Part shown: one piece after another, positions 26,001-36,904 of the stretch
How positions within the stretch are numbered: the first letter of the stretch is position 1
Layout: each line of letters begins with the position of its first letter
Source: Patellaria atrata CBS 101060
Lineage: Eukaryota
NCBI GenBank assembly: GCA_010093705.1
Contig: MU006095.1
Location: 1,219,016-1,283,015 of the forward strand
Length of the DNA: 64,000 nt
Direction: 5' to 3'
Position numbers and translations under genes: made by a program
Notes under the pieces: model-generated
What the model was told of the DNA's origin: nothing
Seen by the model: the letters and a program-made list of their open reading frames with translations, nothing else
The model's database searches: none

Positions 26001-29000
26001 ACTGCTTAGTTCTCCGGTAAAGATCGATTTTGATGCGCAAAAGCTAGATGAAACCCTAAGCTGCTTCGGCGGCTTCAGTGGTATCTTAGAGCTCAGCAGT
26101 TCCATTACATCGACTAGTACAGTGCTTCCGAAAGAAGTCAAACCCCAGCCTCGACCTAGAGGCGTTCATTTTGTAATGTCTCCGAATGAAAAGCCCGTCG
26201 ATGCACAACCGGGTGTGTCAATCAAAGCAGAGATTGGTGGTGTATTTCTCGGCGTCAGGGGCAAAAGTTGCGGTATCGTGCTACGTACAGACATGGTCAG
26301 GATTTCGGGTACTGGAGATCATATGCGTCTACATGTACAATCTGTTAAAATCTCTGGGCCACATACTGGACCATATTCTGGCCAAGCTTCCGTAAATGTC
26401 GCAACTCGTGGTGTAGGTCTCGAATTTCTTTCAGCACCGGAAGAGAAAGACCTCGGGAAGCTATTATCGTTGATTACCCCTTCGAAAGACAAATATGAAA
26501 ATGATGACGATATCCTTGTTGAAACGTTGGTTAGACAACGACAGAAGGGCTCTATCATTCGGTGCGGTGTGAACTCTCTTTCTGTCGACATCTCAGACCT
26601 TGAGAGTTTTGATCAGTTCAAAGCTTTAGGCGCAGAGCTGACGAGACTTTCGAGCGTTACTAAATACCTCCCCGAGGACGATCGACCTGGTATTTTAAGT
26701 ATGATCTTTGTCAAGGACATCGGGACCCATATTAATGTCAACGACAAGTTAGGCGTATTCTCGTTCAATGCCCACAATACACAACTTGCACACGTAGGCT
26801 TGCCACCCCTTCTGGCACTGGAAGTTGGTAAATTGAGTGCTTCTCGAAATGATGAAGAGCAACTCATCACTGAAGTTTCTGCCTCTCACGGTTTCGAGCC
26901 GGTACCTATGTTTATGGCTCGCATGATTAGCGATGAAATGGACCCCACTGTAAAGATGAAGCTGTACAATATCTGTATTGAGTATAGAGTACCCACCATT
27001 ATGGCAGCTTTAGGATTAACCGAAGAAGAAATCTCAACGGAAGACCTAGCGGCAAGTATGGCGTCCTCAATTGCTACCGTTACTGGCCACTCGTCTCCAA
27101 AAGCTCTTACTCGACAATCATCTTCCAGTAGTGACTATTCGGATTCCTCCAAACGTCCCCTTCATTTGGATATTCTAATTCGGGATTGTGCTCTAGGGCT
27201 AAATCCTAGATGTTTGCCATCTCGAGGTCTATTTGTCTTCACCGACACACATTTTTCTGGAGCTTTACCCGATCAAAAGGGATTGAGTGCTACCTTAGAG
27301 GTCAGAAAAGCTTCAGTGCTGGTTATAGATAACATACAGAACTTCAACAGCAGTGAGGACGTTGTCCCCCAGAGATCGAGATCAAGTGTCACGGGTAGTC
27401 TACAGGTCAGAGAGCTATGTCACCGTGGCTATGTCTCCCTCAGTGAAATCAATTCCGCCAAGATTGCTGTCAACATTTCTCAAGGGAAGGAAGAAGAATC
27501 GCAATTCGTCGATGTGGAATTCAAAGATGATCTGTTCGTTTTGGAAAGTTGCGCGGATTCTACTCAAACACTAATTGGTATTATTAATGGGCTCAAACCA
27601 CCGATTCCACCATCGAAGGAAACAAAGTATCGGACAAATGTCCTTTCCATGGAAGAAATGATGGCATCTTTCACAGGCGACGCATTTGAGCGACCAGAAC
27701 ATACCAGTTTAGATCAGAGGCTGGATATGGACCAAGCTGATATAATCGAGGACGAGCTTCCCGCGAATCTCGAATACGTGGGCAGTTTCTACAATCCTGA
27801 AGCGCCGCCGACTTCAGAGGAGATTGCGGATAGCATGCTAGAGGACGACCTGTCGCACCTAGCCTCGCCACCAATTACACGTCCAATGGGACAGAGACCT
27901 CTATTAGAAAGTTTCCAAGAGCAGTACGAAGTCGATCCGGAGAATGAGCCGTTGAACATTGACGATGATTACTTTGGAGCGGAGTCAGAAGTTAAGGGTA
28001 ACGCCCGAAAATGGAATTCTTCGAAGAATCAATACAGCCTCACTAATGAGTATAAAGTCGAAGGCAGTCCTCTTAAGCTTCGCATCCGAGACGTTCATGT
28101 TATCTGGAATCTGTTTGATGGATACGATTGGGCTCAAACACGGGAGACTATCGAGCACGCCGTTGAGGAGGTTGAACGGAAAGCAGATGAGAGACGCAGA
28201 GCGCGACATACATCGATGGAAGAAGATGACGACCAGGATGAAGTTGTCGGCGATTTCCTCTTCGGATCAGTCTGGGTGGGCGTAGCGCCTAATTTACCCA
28301 CATCTGAGCTTAGACGCCAGATCAATCTTGAGATCAATGACGCCGTTAGCGAGACGGAGAGTTATGCATCTTCTACGGCATCTAGGTCGACCGTTCGAGC
28401 GAGTGGATCGAAGAGACCGAAACAGAGGAGACTGAAAATCGAGCGAAGCAAACGTTACAAAGTCAGGTTTGAGCTAGCTGGCGTATCTGCTGATATTGTT
28501 GTATTCCCACCTAACTCTGGGGAAACGCAAAGTTCGATCGATGTCCGCGTCCGTGATTTCGAGGTCATTGACAATATGCCAACTTCGACCTGGAAGAAGT
28601 TTGCAACGTACATGCATGATGCCGGCGAGAGACAGATGGGTAGACCCATGATTCATTTGGAGATGCTAAACGTAAAACCTGTCATGGAGCTCGCAGCGTC
28701 TGAAATTGTACTTCGGGTGACTGTCCTACCTCTTCGTCTCCATGTAGATCAAGACGCCCTAGACTTTATCACCCGCTTTTTTGAATTCAAGGACGAGCAC
28801 GCTGAAGAACCGGCGGTAAAAGCAGAACAACCCTTCCTGCAGCGAGTAGAAGTCAACACCGTCCAGCTCAAGCTCGACTATAAACCCAAGAAAGTCGACT
28901 ATGCGGGGCTCCGCTCTGGCCACACCACTGAATTCATGAACTTCTTCATCCTTGATGGTGCTGACATTACCCTAAGACACTGCATCATCTACGGTATATC

Positions 29001-29760
29001 TGGCTTCGACAAGCTCCACAAGACCCTCAACGACATATGGATGCCAGACGTCAAACGCAACCAGCTACCAGGCGTGCTCGCTGGTCTCGCACCCGTACGC
29101 TCTCTCGCCAATGTCGGCGGCGGCGTCCGCGATCTCGTCTCTATCCCCATCAAAGAGTACCAGAAAGATGGAAGAATCGTTCGTAGCATCCAGAAGGGCG
29201 CTACGGCCTTTGCACGCACCACGACGAGCGAAATTGCACGCCTTGGCGCAAAAGTCATGATAGGCACGCAAACAATATTGCAGACAGCCGAAGGCGTCCT
29301 CTCCCCAACCCACCCGAACTACTCCTCCTCCCCCGCCTACAGCACCTCGGACGACAGCGGCTGGGAAGACGTCGGCGCCCCGGAACCTTCTCGCGCCGTC
29401 TCGCAGTACGCGGACCAGCCCATCGGAGTCATGGCGGGCTTCCGTGGTGCCATCAGGAGTCTGGAAAGAGATCTGATCGTGGCTAAAGACGCGATCGTGG
29501 CCGTTCCAGGTGAAATTATGGAGAGTGGGAGTGCCGGTGGTGCGGCAGGGGTGCTGGGCAGGAGGGCCCCGACGATTATCCTGCGCCCGGCGATTGGGTT
29601 GACGAAGGGGGTTGGAATGGCGCTTATGGGGGCCGGGAATGCGTTGGACAGGGAGAGTAGGAGGAAGATCGAGGATGTGAGTAAACCCTTCTGCTCTTGG
29701 AGCTCATTTTCGATTTTAGATATGTTTACTGACTTGTTGCAGAAATATAAGCGATATTGA
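23043..29760 (+). CDS. ATG2: Autophagy-related lipid transfer protein 2
   Basis: >2000 aa. Chorein-N-like start, LESCADSTQTL (CAD motif), WNLFDGYDW, LPLRLHVDQDAL, LDYKPKKVD, DQPIGV, ending IED|KYKRY* (in-frame intron at ~29677-29742). Confidence 0.95.
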
Positions 29761-31003
29761 TTTGAAGATGAGGGTGGTGGGTAATGAGGAATGTAGGTTT
29801 TCACGGCTCGGTGTTGCCTTTTAAAGCGTTTGGACTTAATTTGATCATCGACTTTTCTTTCACTATAATCTTGCATAGCGATGGTGTCAGGGAGTTCACA
29901 TCATACATCATATTTTGTCGTTCTTTAGCGTGGGGAAAGGGGGCGTTTCGTTCTTCTCTTATCTGGCAGTGTGAAGATGCAATGGAGGATATGGCTGCCA
30001 TTCTCAAATCGTTGTACGCCAGACGCATTGAATTACCCCCTTTTTCCGGTACGAGACGTGCGAGGAATATTGTATATCCCTTTCCTGTGTTTCTACACTC
30101 TTTTACTGCCATGTGGATATATACACTTGGTTGTACATAAACAGGCGTCGAGCAGAGCTCTAAGGAATTAATTACGCAGATGAGTGGGGTTATCCGAGTT
30201 TTGCTGATTCGTAGGAATCTTTGTTTATGTAGCAGTAAGTTGTACGGTGTCACGCAGACTGTACGGTGTTTTATGTCTCGACTGCTCTCGTGGGGAATGT
30301 TATACAATTTACAGCCGGTTCACGGCTGTCAGAATATACTGGAAGAGCTTCTGTACGGCTGGTGAAGTGCTTTAGCAGGAGGAAAAAGAATTTGCACCGT
30401 GCTCAGGTATTCGGCCAATGAGCTGAGTGTGTAATTGGTCTTGATTGTAAACTCAGTACTAAATATATACTCGACACTGACCGTATATTTATTATGACCA
30501 CTTACCCGATCTTTCGCCTCATAAACGCGTAAGTGGCGAACCGCTCTTTCAGATCAAATCCAGACGGACGCAGTTTATCTGACGCCTGGAAAGATCAAGA
30601 TGAAGGGTGTTTGGTGTACGGGTGCAAAATAGATGATTTGCAACTCAGTATTCGCGTGGTGGGTTTGAGTTTAAGGAATGTCCTCACGGACTAAGCTATC
30701 TAAGAACTTACAACAGTCATGGGAGTTACAAGTGTGGAGGAGGGTGAGATGATAGAACCTAGTCTCGAGGTCTAACACTCCCTGGAGTGATTCAGATATA
30801 AGGAGTAGTTAGCAAGATATACCTACTTTTGACATGTTACGTTTGTCGTCCTGAGTACAAAATAGCATAAAGTAGCGATATGACCAGTTGAAAGCTGAAA
30901 AATTCTAATGCATCGATCGTGGATGTCTTCCATGGAGTCAGGTAGGGTGTGTACACTTCTTAGAAGCGAAGAAGTAGTGATGGGAGGATGTTTGGCTTTA
31001 TAG

Positions 31004-32435
31004 GGTAATACTAGGATCTCTCGTCGAACGTAGTGCACGTTCCGCGGATCTGTATACGGCAAACTTCCTCTTGCTAGAGTAGTTTCTATCGTGATAGGGT
31101 AATATCTATGACTTTTGTCGAACGTAGGGATCTTCTGCTGCTCTGGTATCGGTAAGTACTTTATAGGGGTCGTTAAATCAGATGTTTATGTCAGTCAGCT
31201 TCATTGGGTAATAGTTGAAGTCATCGTTAAACGTATGCGGTCAGTGGACCGGTCTTACGGTACTTGTCTCATCTAACAAGTTTCATACCTGAAAAGGTAA
31301 TATGTTGAACTTCCGTCGAACGCGGTAGTCTCACGTGGCTCAGCTATCGGTCGGCGGTTGTGTAACATTTGTCAGATATAGGGCAGGAATTCAATGGCCA
31401 AATGCGGTAATACTGAGAAAGTTCGTCGAACCCAGGTGGAAAGTGTTGTTCAGTCCTCGGAGAGCACTTTCACCAAATGGTCCTTAGCTATGGGTATTGG
31501 ATTGCCAGATACAGTGATAACTTCATATTCCGTCGAACGCAGGGGACTTGTGTGGCTCGGGTGTCGGTAAGCACTTTCTCTGGGAATCTTTAAAAAGTGG
31601 ATATTAGATAGACGGATATGGTAATATTGGAATATTCGTCGAACGTAGGTGGAAACTATGTTAGCCCGTGGAGAGAGCACTTTTTCCCGATACTGCTTCC
31701 CGTCAAGTCGCCGATCATGGGGGATATACTTTTCATTACTGCTATGTAGTATTAACCTGAATGAGTATATGTTCAAAATGTTTCATCGAACATCTCTCCT
31801 GGGGACTGCATTACTGCGAGCGCTTTTGAGTCCATATCCGTGGGCTAGTAATAATGCATTTCCCGACCAGGTAACTTTAAGATTCTTTGTCGAACGTAGC
31901 ATCTATCCATCGATCCGAAGTGGATTATGTAGTTAGTACTCCTAGAGTCCATATCCATAGGCTAGTATAATGCATTTCCTGAGAAGGTAAACCTAAGGAT
32001 TTTCGTTGAACGTAGGATCGGCTCCATCGGTTCTTGCATGCACATTCGTGGGTTCTTTGGTCGAAAACCTGGCGAAACTACCATATGACAGCTTTCCAAG
32101 TGCTAGGCTAGATGAGTTGTTATCTGACTTTCCTGTTGAGCGAACGAGTCTTTCTGTTGCTCGGCTGAATGGTAAGCCCCCCTTTTTTCGTGGTGGTCCT
32201 GGGCCGGTTCTTCATGGGAAATCCCCCGTTGCATGAGCACTATAGTTCCCTTAAGTAAAGCAAAAGAAACGGCGCAAGATAGAGTTTCAGACTTGATGTA
32301 TCCTATTTCGAATGAAGGAAAAGGTTAAGGGGATAATGATGAGGAGTCGTTGATAATTCCAGGATGCCGGAGAAATCTATCCAGACGCACCTAACCTAAT
32401 CAGGTCCTCTGCATTGCCTTCGTTGAACGCAGCAG
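31004..32435. repeat. Non-coding array of ~11 spaced bipartite motifs, consensus GGTAAT-N13-GTYGAACGYAG
   Basis: Core starts at 31023, 31117, 31226, 31315, 31425, 31532, 31638, 31785 (degenerate), 31889, 32005 and 32422. In 9 of 11 copies RGT lies exactly 16 nt upstream of the core. Confidence 0.85.
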
Positions 32436-32473
32436 TTTCTGTAACGGCTGCGAAACCATCTCCGTACAGTTGT

Positions 32474-32582
32474 TATACGGTTGAATGACAGTTTCTGGTT
32501 GCTAAGCGCTTCTATATCATAGCCATCTAGTAATCTAACCGTTTATTGGTAGAAAACGCTTTAAAATACGAGATGTGATTTG
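32474..32582 (+). repeat. Degenerate direct repeat A (partner at ~35850-35958)
   Basis: GGTTGAAtGACAGTT..CTAAgCGCTTCTATATCATAG..TTTATTGGtAGAAAACGCTT..TGTGA matches GGTTGAAaGACAGTT..CTAAcCGCTTCTATATCATAG..TTTATTGGAAGAAACGCTT..TGTGA. Confidence 0.8.
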
Positions 32583-32735
32583 TGCAAAAGTGGTTTTCAG
32601 CGTGATACGGTCTGCTTACAATTACCGTGTGGTAGATATACGGTTGGCGTATGGACAAGTTGACGGCAGAATAACGGTCATGATACGGTTTATAGGATGT
32701 AAACGGTTATTTTATCGGCAACTCTAAAAGATACT

Positions 32736-32965
32736 AAGCGTTTGAAAAAATTCGGTCCGAGGGCATGGACCGAACCATGTCACGAGTTGGTTACCGTAGG
32801 AACGCGACTCCTGATCGCGCCCTTTCACCTAGAAACTGAACTTTAGCAACCTTACCTAAAATTTCTATATCACACACGAATCGACAAAAAATTTTTAAGG
32901 AGATTTTAGATAAGTTTATAAAATTACTCTGTCTCTAACCGTTAAGGAGATGACTAAAAAAAATC
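32736..32965 (+). repeat. Degenerate inverted repeat B, left arm (partner 35973-36198)
   Basis: AGAAACTGAACTT (32831) is the reverse complement of 36085-36097. GGAGATtTTAgATAAgTtTAT.AAAT.ACT..TCTAaCCGTTAAG..AAAAAAAATC matches the reverse complement of 35973-36040. Confidence 0.8.
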
Positions 32966-33792
32966 TCGACCTTTTCAAAGAATATCTCAAGACTTCTCCA
33001 TGCCAAGATGTCAGATATAGCTCGGGCCAGGGGTAACGTGCAGCAGATAAGACTCCAAAACTGGCTACTATAGGTAAGTACTTGTGAATCATAATTATTC
33101 GTTTTGTTAGGTTTCATATGTGTATGGTCTGTACTGCCCACCAAATGTCTCAGCAGAGCCTTAAAGAGAAGTCGGGGAGTGACGAAGAAACCCTAGTGAA
33201 GAGATCATGGTCTTTTGATTCAGATTTGAAGGTGATCATAAATGATGAGCTGTATAAAATGACTTAGGGTGGATCGGGGCTCTAAGATTTTCTGAAACGG
33301 AATGCTTTAATCAGCTGTACAAGTGATAGGTGTCTGGCGTCACCACAGCAGATTGGCATGGTGCTTATCCTGATATATCAGACTGTTGGATTAGTTAAAT
33401 GCCCCTCACAGGTTTAGCGACTGCAAAATGACATGTGGTGTGGGTAACGAACCGGCAGTCTGGTTGCACGTCAACGGTTCCTTTGTCTGTTATTATGGTG
33501 TCATATACCGACATCCAGTACCTTTGCGCGGAGCAATGTTGTTTGTGCATGAGCACTGAGACCACGCCACTCAACACCAGGTTTTGTTCTGGTGTAAGAA
33601 TACGGTGAGTAATTGGTATATTCGTCATTTGTCTTGCTGAGGATTGGGCAGTACGCAGTATCTGCAAGCCCATATTATTGAAACAATTTGAAAACGGTGC
33701 GGGACTCTTAGGGCAATAGCGTCATAATTGTAGAGGTATTCACGCTTCCTTCCACCTTCTACAACATCTTATCCATATCAAGGAAAAACGTA

Positions 33793-35807
33793 ATGCTAGT
33801 GTCCAGCGACTCATGGAAGGCTAAGACCAAAAAGAAGACGAAAACCTTAGCTAAGGTGCCTTCCGAACGACGATTATCGAAACACGAGCTAGACAAGGTT
33901 GCTAAGCAGAGGGACCTCACTAGCGCCCTCTTTGACCAGTATCTCGAGACTCATGAACGCGATATCGTGAGGCAAGACGCAACTGTGATAGTCGAAAAAG
34001 TGCAGAGAGAACTCACCGTGAGGGAAACCACGTTGGCCTTCTGTAAAGCGGCAGCCATTGCGTATCGGATTGTACGTCAAGCACACCCTATCCTTGCTCC
34101 ACTTGGCTCAGGTTGAATTAAGTAGAACAATTGCTTGCATGAGATATTTTTTCCTCAAGCTATTGAAAGAGCAGAGGAACTAGAGAAGTACTATTAAAAA
34201 AAATGGAAAAACCATGGGACCACTTCATGGGCTTCCAATTAGTCTCAAGGACCAGTTTCGCGCCAGAGGGAACGATACCACCATGGCATACATTGGATGG
34301 ATAGGTACCTACGAAAGCTGCAAGGATCCGGAGCTCGTACACAACGTCAACAGTCAGGTTGTTTGCGAGCTCCTAAGTCTTGGGGCGGTTTTGTATTGCA
34401 AGACCAGTGTTCCATAGACGCTCCTCCTTGGTCAAACCGTCAACAATCTCATAGGCCAAACTCTAAATCCAAATAACCAAAACCTATCATCTGAAGGATC
34501 TTCTGGAGGAGAAGGAGCCCTCCAAGCTCTGCCAGGCAGTGTTGTCGGCTTTGGGACTGATATCGGGGGGTTCCTAAGAGTCCCTGCAGCATTCAACGGG
34601 ATATTCTCCCTCAAACCGACTCACTCGAGATTATCGTATCGAGGTGTTGCTAATGTGATTCCTGGGGAAACGACGTATTCATCCTCCGTCGGGGTTATGG
34701 GAACTTCTCCGGATACTATACATCTCGTTCTTCGTTCGGTTGTTTTGACTCAGCCTTGGATTAAAGATTCGAACGTAGTGCCGATACTTTGGGCGGGAGT
34801 ACTGTGTAAAAGATACTCTTTCAAGAGTAGCATCAAATTAAAAGACTAATGACAACAAACCCCTCAAGCTTGGAATCTTATGGACTGATGGCGTGGTTAC
34901 CACCCAGCCACCAATTGCCGTGGCCTCAGACTTGTGGTGGATGTTGTTAAAAGTGCTGGGCATAAGGTAATAGAGTATCATAATGCGTTTTGAAGAGCTG
35001 CGATTACAGTATTTTTGCGCCAGGTTGTAAACTAGGATCCCCCGGATCAGCGCACCGCTAAACGGGTCTATGTAAGTACAGGCGATCTGCTTCACCAAAC
35101 CATCATGTAACGCTCACATCTAGATAGGTAGCGTTTCTCAAGGCAGACGGAGGCTACGACATTCACCAGCAGCTTGATCTTTCGGGAGAACCTCTTGTGT
35201 CGCCTCTTCGAGACGCTTTCCGTCTGAAGAATCCAATGTCCCTTCATACTTAGCAAAGTCTGACGATAGAAGGACGAGACTACGAAGCAGCGTACTATTG
35301 GAATTCCACCGCTGATGTTGATGGTAAGTAGACTCATTAGGTTGGAAATCGCACTACTAACATCTTACAGGGCAGCTTGTTAATGCCGTAATCATGCTCG
35401 TTGCTCCGCATGCCGCTGTCATCCCCGGGAAGTTCTATCATACAGGTGACTTGAGAGAAGATCCGGTTGAAACTAGACGCTGACCATTCGAAGCATATAC
35501 CGAGGTCATCAACTTGATGGACTACAGAGTTGTTGTAATTCCAGTTACGAAGGCGGATAAGTCCATCGACAAGGCGGATCCAAGTTACACGCCCCTTAAT
35601 GACGTGGATGCCAAAAACTGGAACGCATGTGAGCATTGCTCAGAACCAACTACGACACTAGACTAATTTTCAACTCTAGATGATCCTGAAATATATGATG
35701 GCGCTCCGTTGGGTGTTCAGATAGTGGCGAGGAAGCTCGAAGAGGAGAAGATATGGGCAATAGGAAAGATTGTCCACGAGATCTTGAAAGCGGCCGGGAT
35801 TCAGTAA
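33793..35807 (+). pseudogene. Amidase-signature family (general amidase/acetamidase-like) pseudogene
   Basis: NCLHEIFF, GPLHGLPISLKDQF, YCKTSVP*TL, EGSSGGEGA, GFGTDIGGFLRVPAAFNG, YDGAPLGVQIVARKLEEEK. Lesions: TAA at 34195 plus a poly-A frameshift, TAG at 34415, and catalytic Ser to Phe at 34571. Confidence 0.9.
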
Positions 35808-35849
35808 AGCGGACTCTAATCTGGAAAATTGTTGGACCATACTAGTGCT

Positions 35850-35958
35850 TCTATGGTTGAAAGACAGTTGCCGTTTACTAACCGCTTCTATATCATAGGC
35901 GTGTGCTTGATATAATTATTTATTGGAAGAAACGCTTCAGATTATTGGCTGTGACTTT
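35850..35958 (+). repeat. Degenerate direct repeat A' (partner 32474-32582)
   Basis: Shares CGCTTCTATATCATAG and TTTATTGG..AAACGCTT with repeat A. Confidence 0.8.
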
Positions 35959-35972
35959 TTAATTAAACGCAT

Positions 35973-36198
35973 GATTTTTTTTTTGATTTTTCTTAACGGG
36001 TAGAAAAGAAGTGATTTGATATAATTATATAAGATCTCCAGGAAAAATCCCGAAGATCCATGTGTAATATGAAATTTAGAGGTGAAGTTCAGTTTCTCTC
36101 TGGAACTGAACGTGACAAGAGTGGAGACGCGAACAAAGGTCGCGTGTACGCACGAACCATGACCGAAATCTTGGCGACATTAACACATATAAACGCTT
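35973..36198 (-). repeat. Degenerate inverted repeat B', right arm
   Basis: The reverse complement aligns with 32736-32965, including AAGCGTTT, TTCGGTC, ACGCGAC..TCGCG and AGAAACTGAACTT. Confidence 0.8.
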
Positions 36199-36904
36199 CT
36201 TAAAAGGGCAATTTTCCCTTGGCGTAAACAGGTCTGGTCGTCATATAGTTGCTACGGTTCCTATACGGTTGTCAGAAGCAGAACCAACTCTGTGTCCTAG
36301 GGTCAGTACACTGTACGACCTGTAAAAACCCTACAACCCGCTATATATAGATGCATAAGATCAACATCTTCACCCAATAACTCCCTTACCTCATGTAGTG
36401 TACCGTTTCATACTGGGCTTTACAAACAACAACTAGAACCACATATCCATCACAACCATCATCTCACTCCCAACCAATCACGTACTCCCGAAACCCAACT
36501 CCCTTGCTCCAGACAAAAGTCAAGGCATCATTGATTCACCGCATGAATTTTCCACGCATATTATGTACACTCATGGACAGTACAGTAGCCCCCAACAGAA
36601 CCGCAGATCAATATCCCCACCTTAGATAAAATGATCGACAACTTGAGGCATCAAACTCGCTTATTCCTCCGCCCCAATCCTCCGGGTGAGGCTTAGCTAC
36701 ATCCCGGCACCCGTTTCCGTCTCTAAACATCCCTGTGCCGCAATCCGAAACCCAGCCACATGCGTCTCACAAGTTGCAAGTAGCTTAAATTGAACTACCT
36801 GTCTTAAAAGAGCGGCTCGCCGCTGCCTCGCGGTGGGGCCTGGTGAATTTTAAAAGTCTGGTGAGAATGAAGTGAGGCTCTCTACCTTAAAAGCTTCCAC
36901 TGCT

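Larger units (their letters stand above)
30240..36300. mobile_element. Putative decayed non-autonomous, cargo-carrying element or island (boundaries approximate)
   Basis: No intact gene. Contains a motif array, WACGGT clusters near both ends and internally, direct and inverted repeats, and a pseudogene. No transposase, clean TIR or TSD was identified. Confidence 0.4.

Noticed and set aside
29784..30365. Overlapping short ORFs downstream of ATG2
   Set aside because: They lie in the 3' UTR/terminator zone with no coding-like features.
31004..32035. Each repeat unit as a GT...YAG mini-intron of a micro-exon gene
   Set aside because: Units are only 28-29 nt, well below intron sizes in this window, lack a CTRAY branch point, and several copies lack the AG.
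31023..32430. tRNA/SINE B-boxes (reverse strand GTTCGAC) or integron attC cores (GTTRRRY)
   Set aside because: There is no T-stem, cloverleaf or A-box. Only 3 copies fit GTTRRRY, and no paired inverse cores or integrase are seen.
31004..32435. True CRISPR array
   Set aside because: Repeats are degenerate, spacers are long (60-115 nt) and related to each other, there are no cas genes, and the context is eukaryotic.
33395..33673. 92-aa ORF inside the island as a transposase or recombinase remnant
   Set aside because: No DDE, tyrosine-recombinase or zinc-finger motif is recognisable; a frameshift-aware HMM search would be needed.
36296..36340. Helitron 3' end (hairpin GGTCAGTACACTGTACGACC next to CTAG)
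   Set aside because: The hairpin abuts CTAG without the usual gap, the orientation points away from the island, and there is no Rep/helicase relic.
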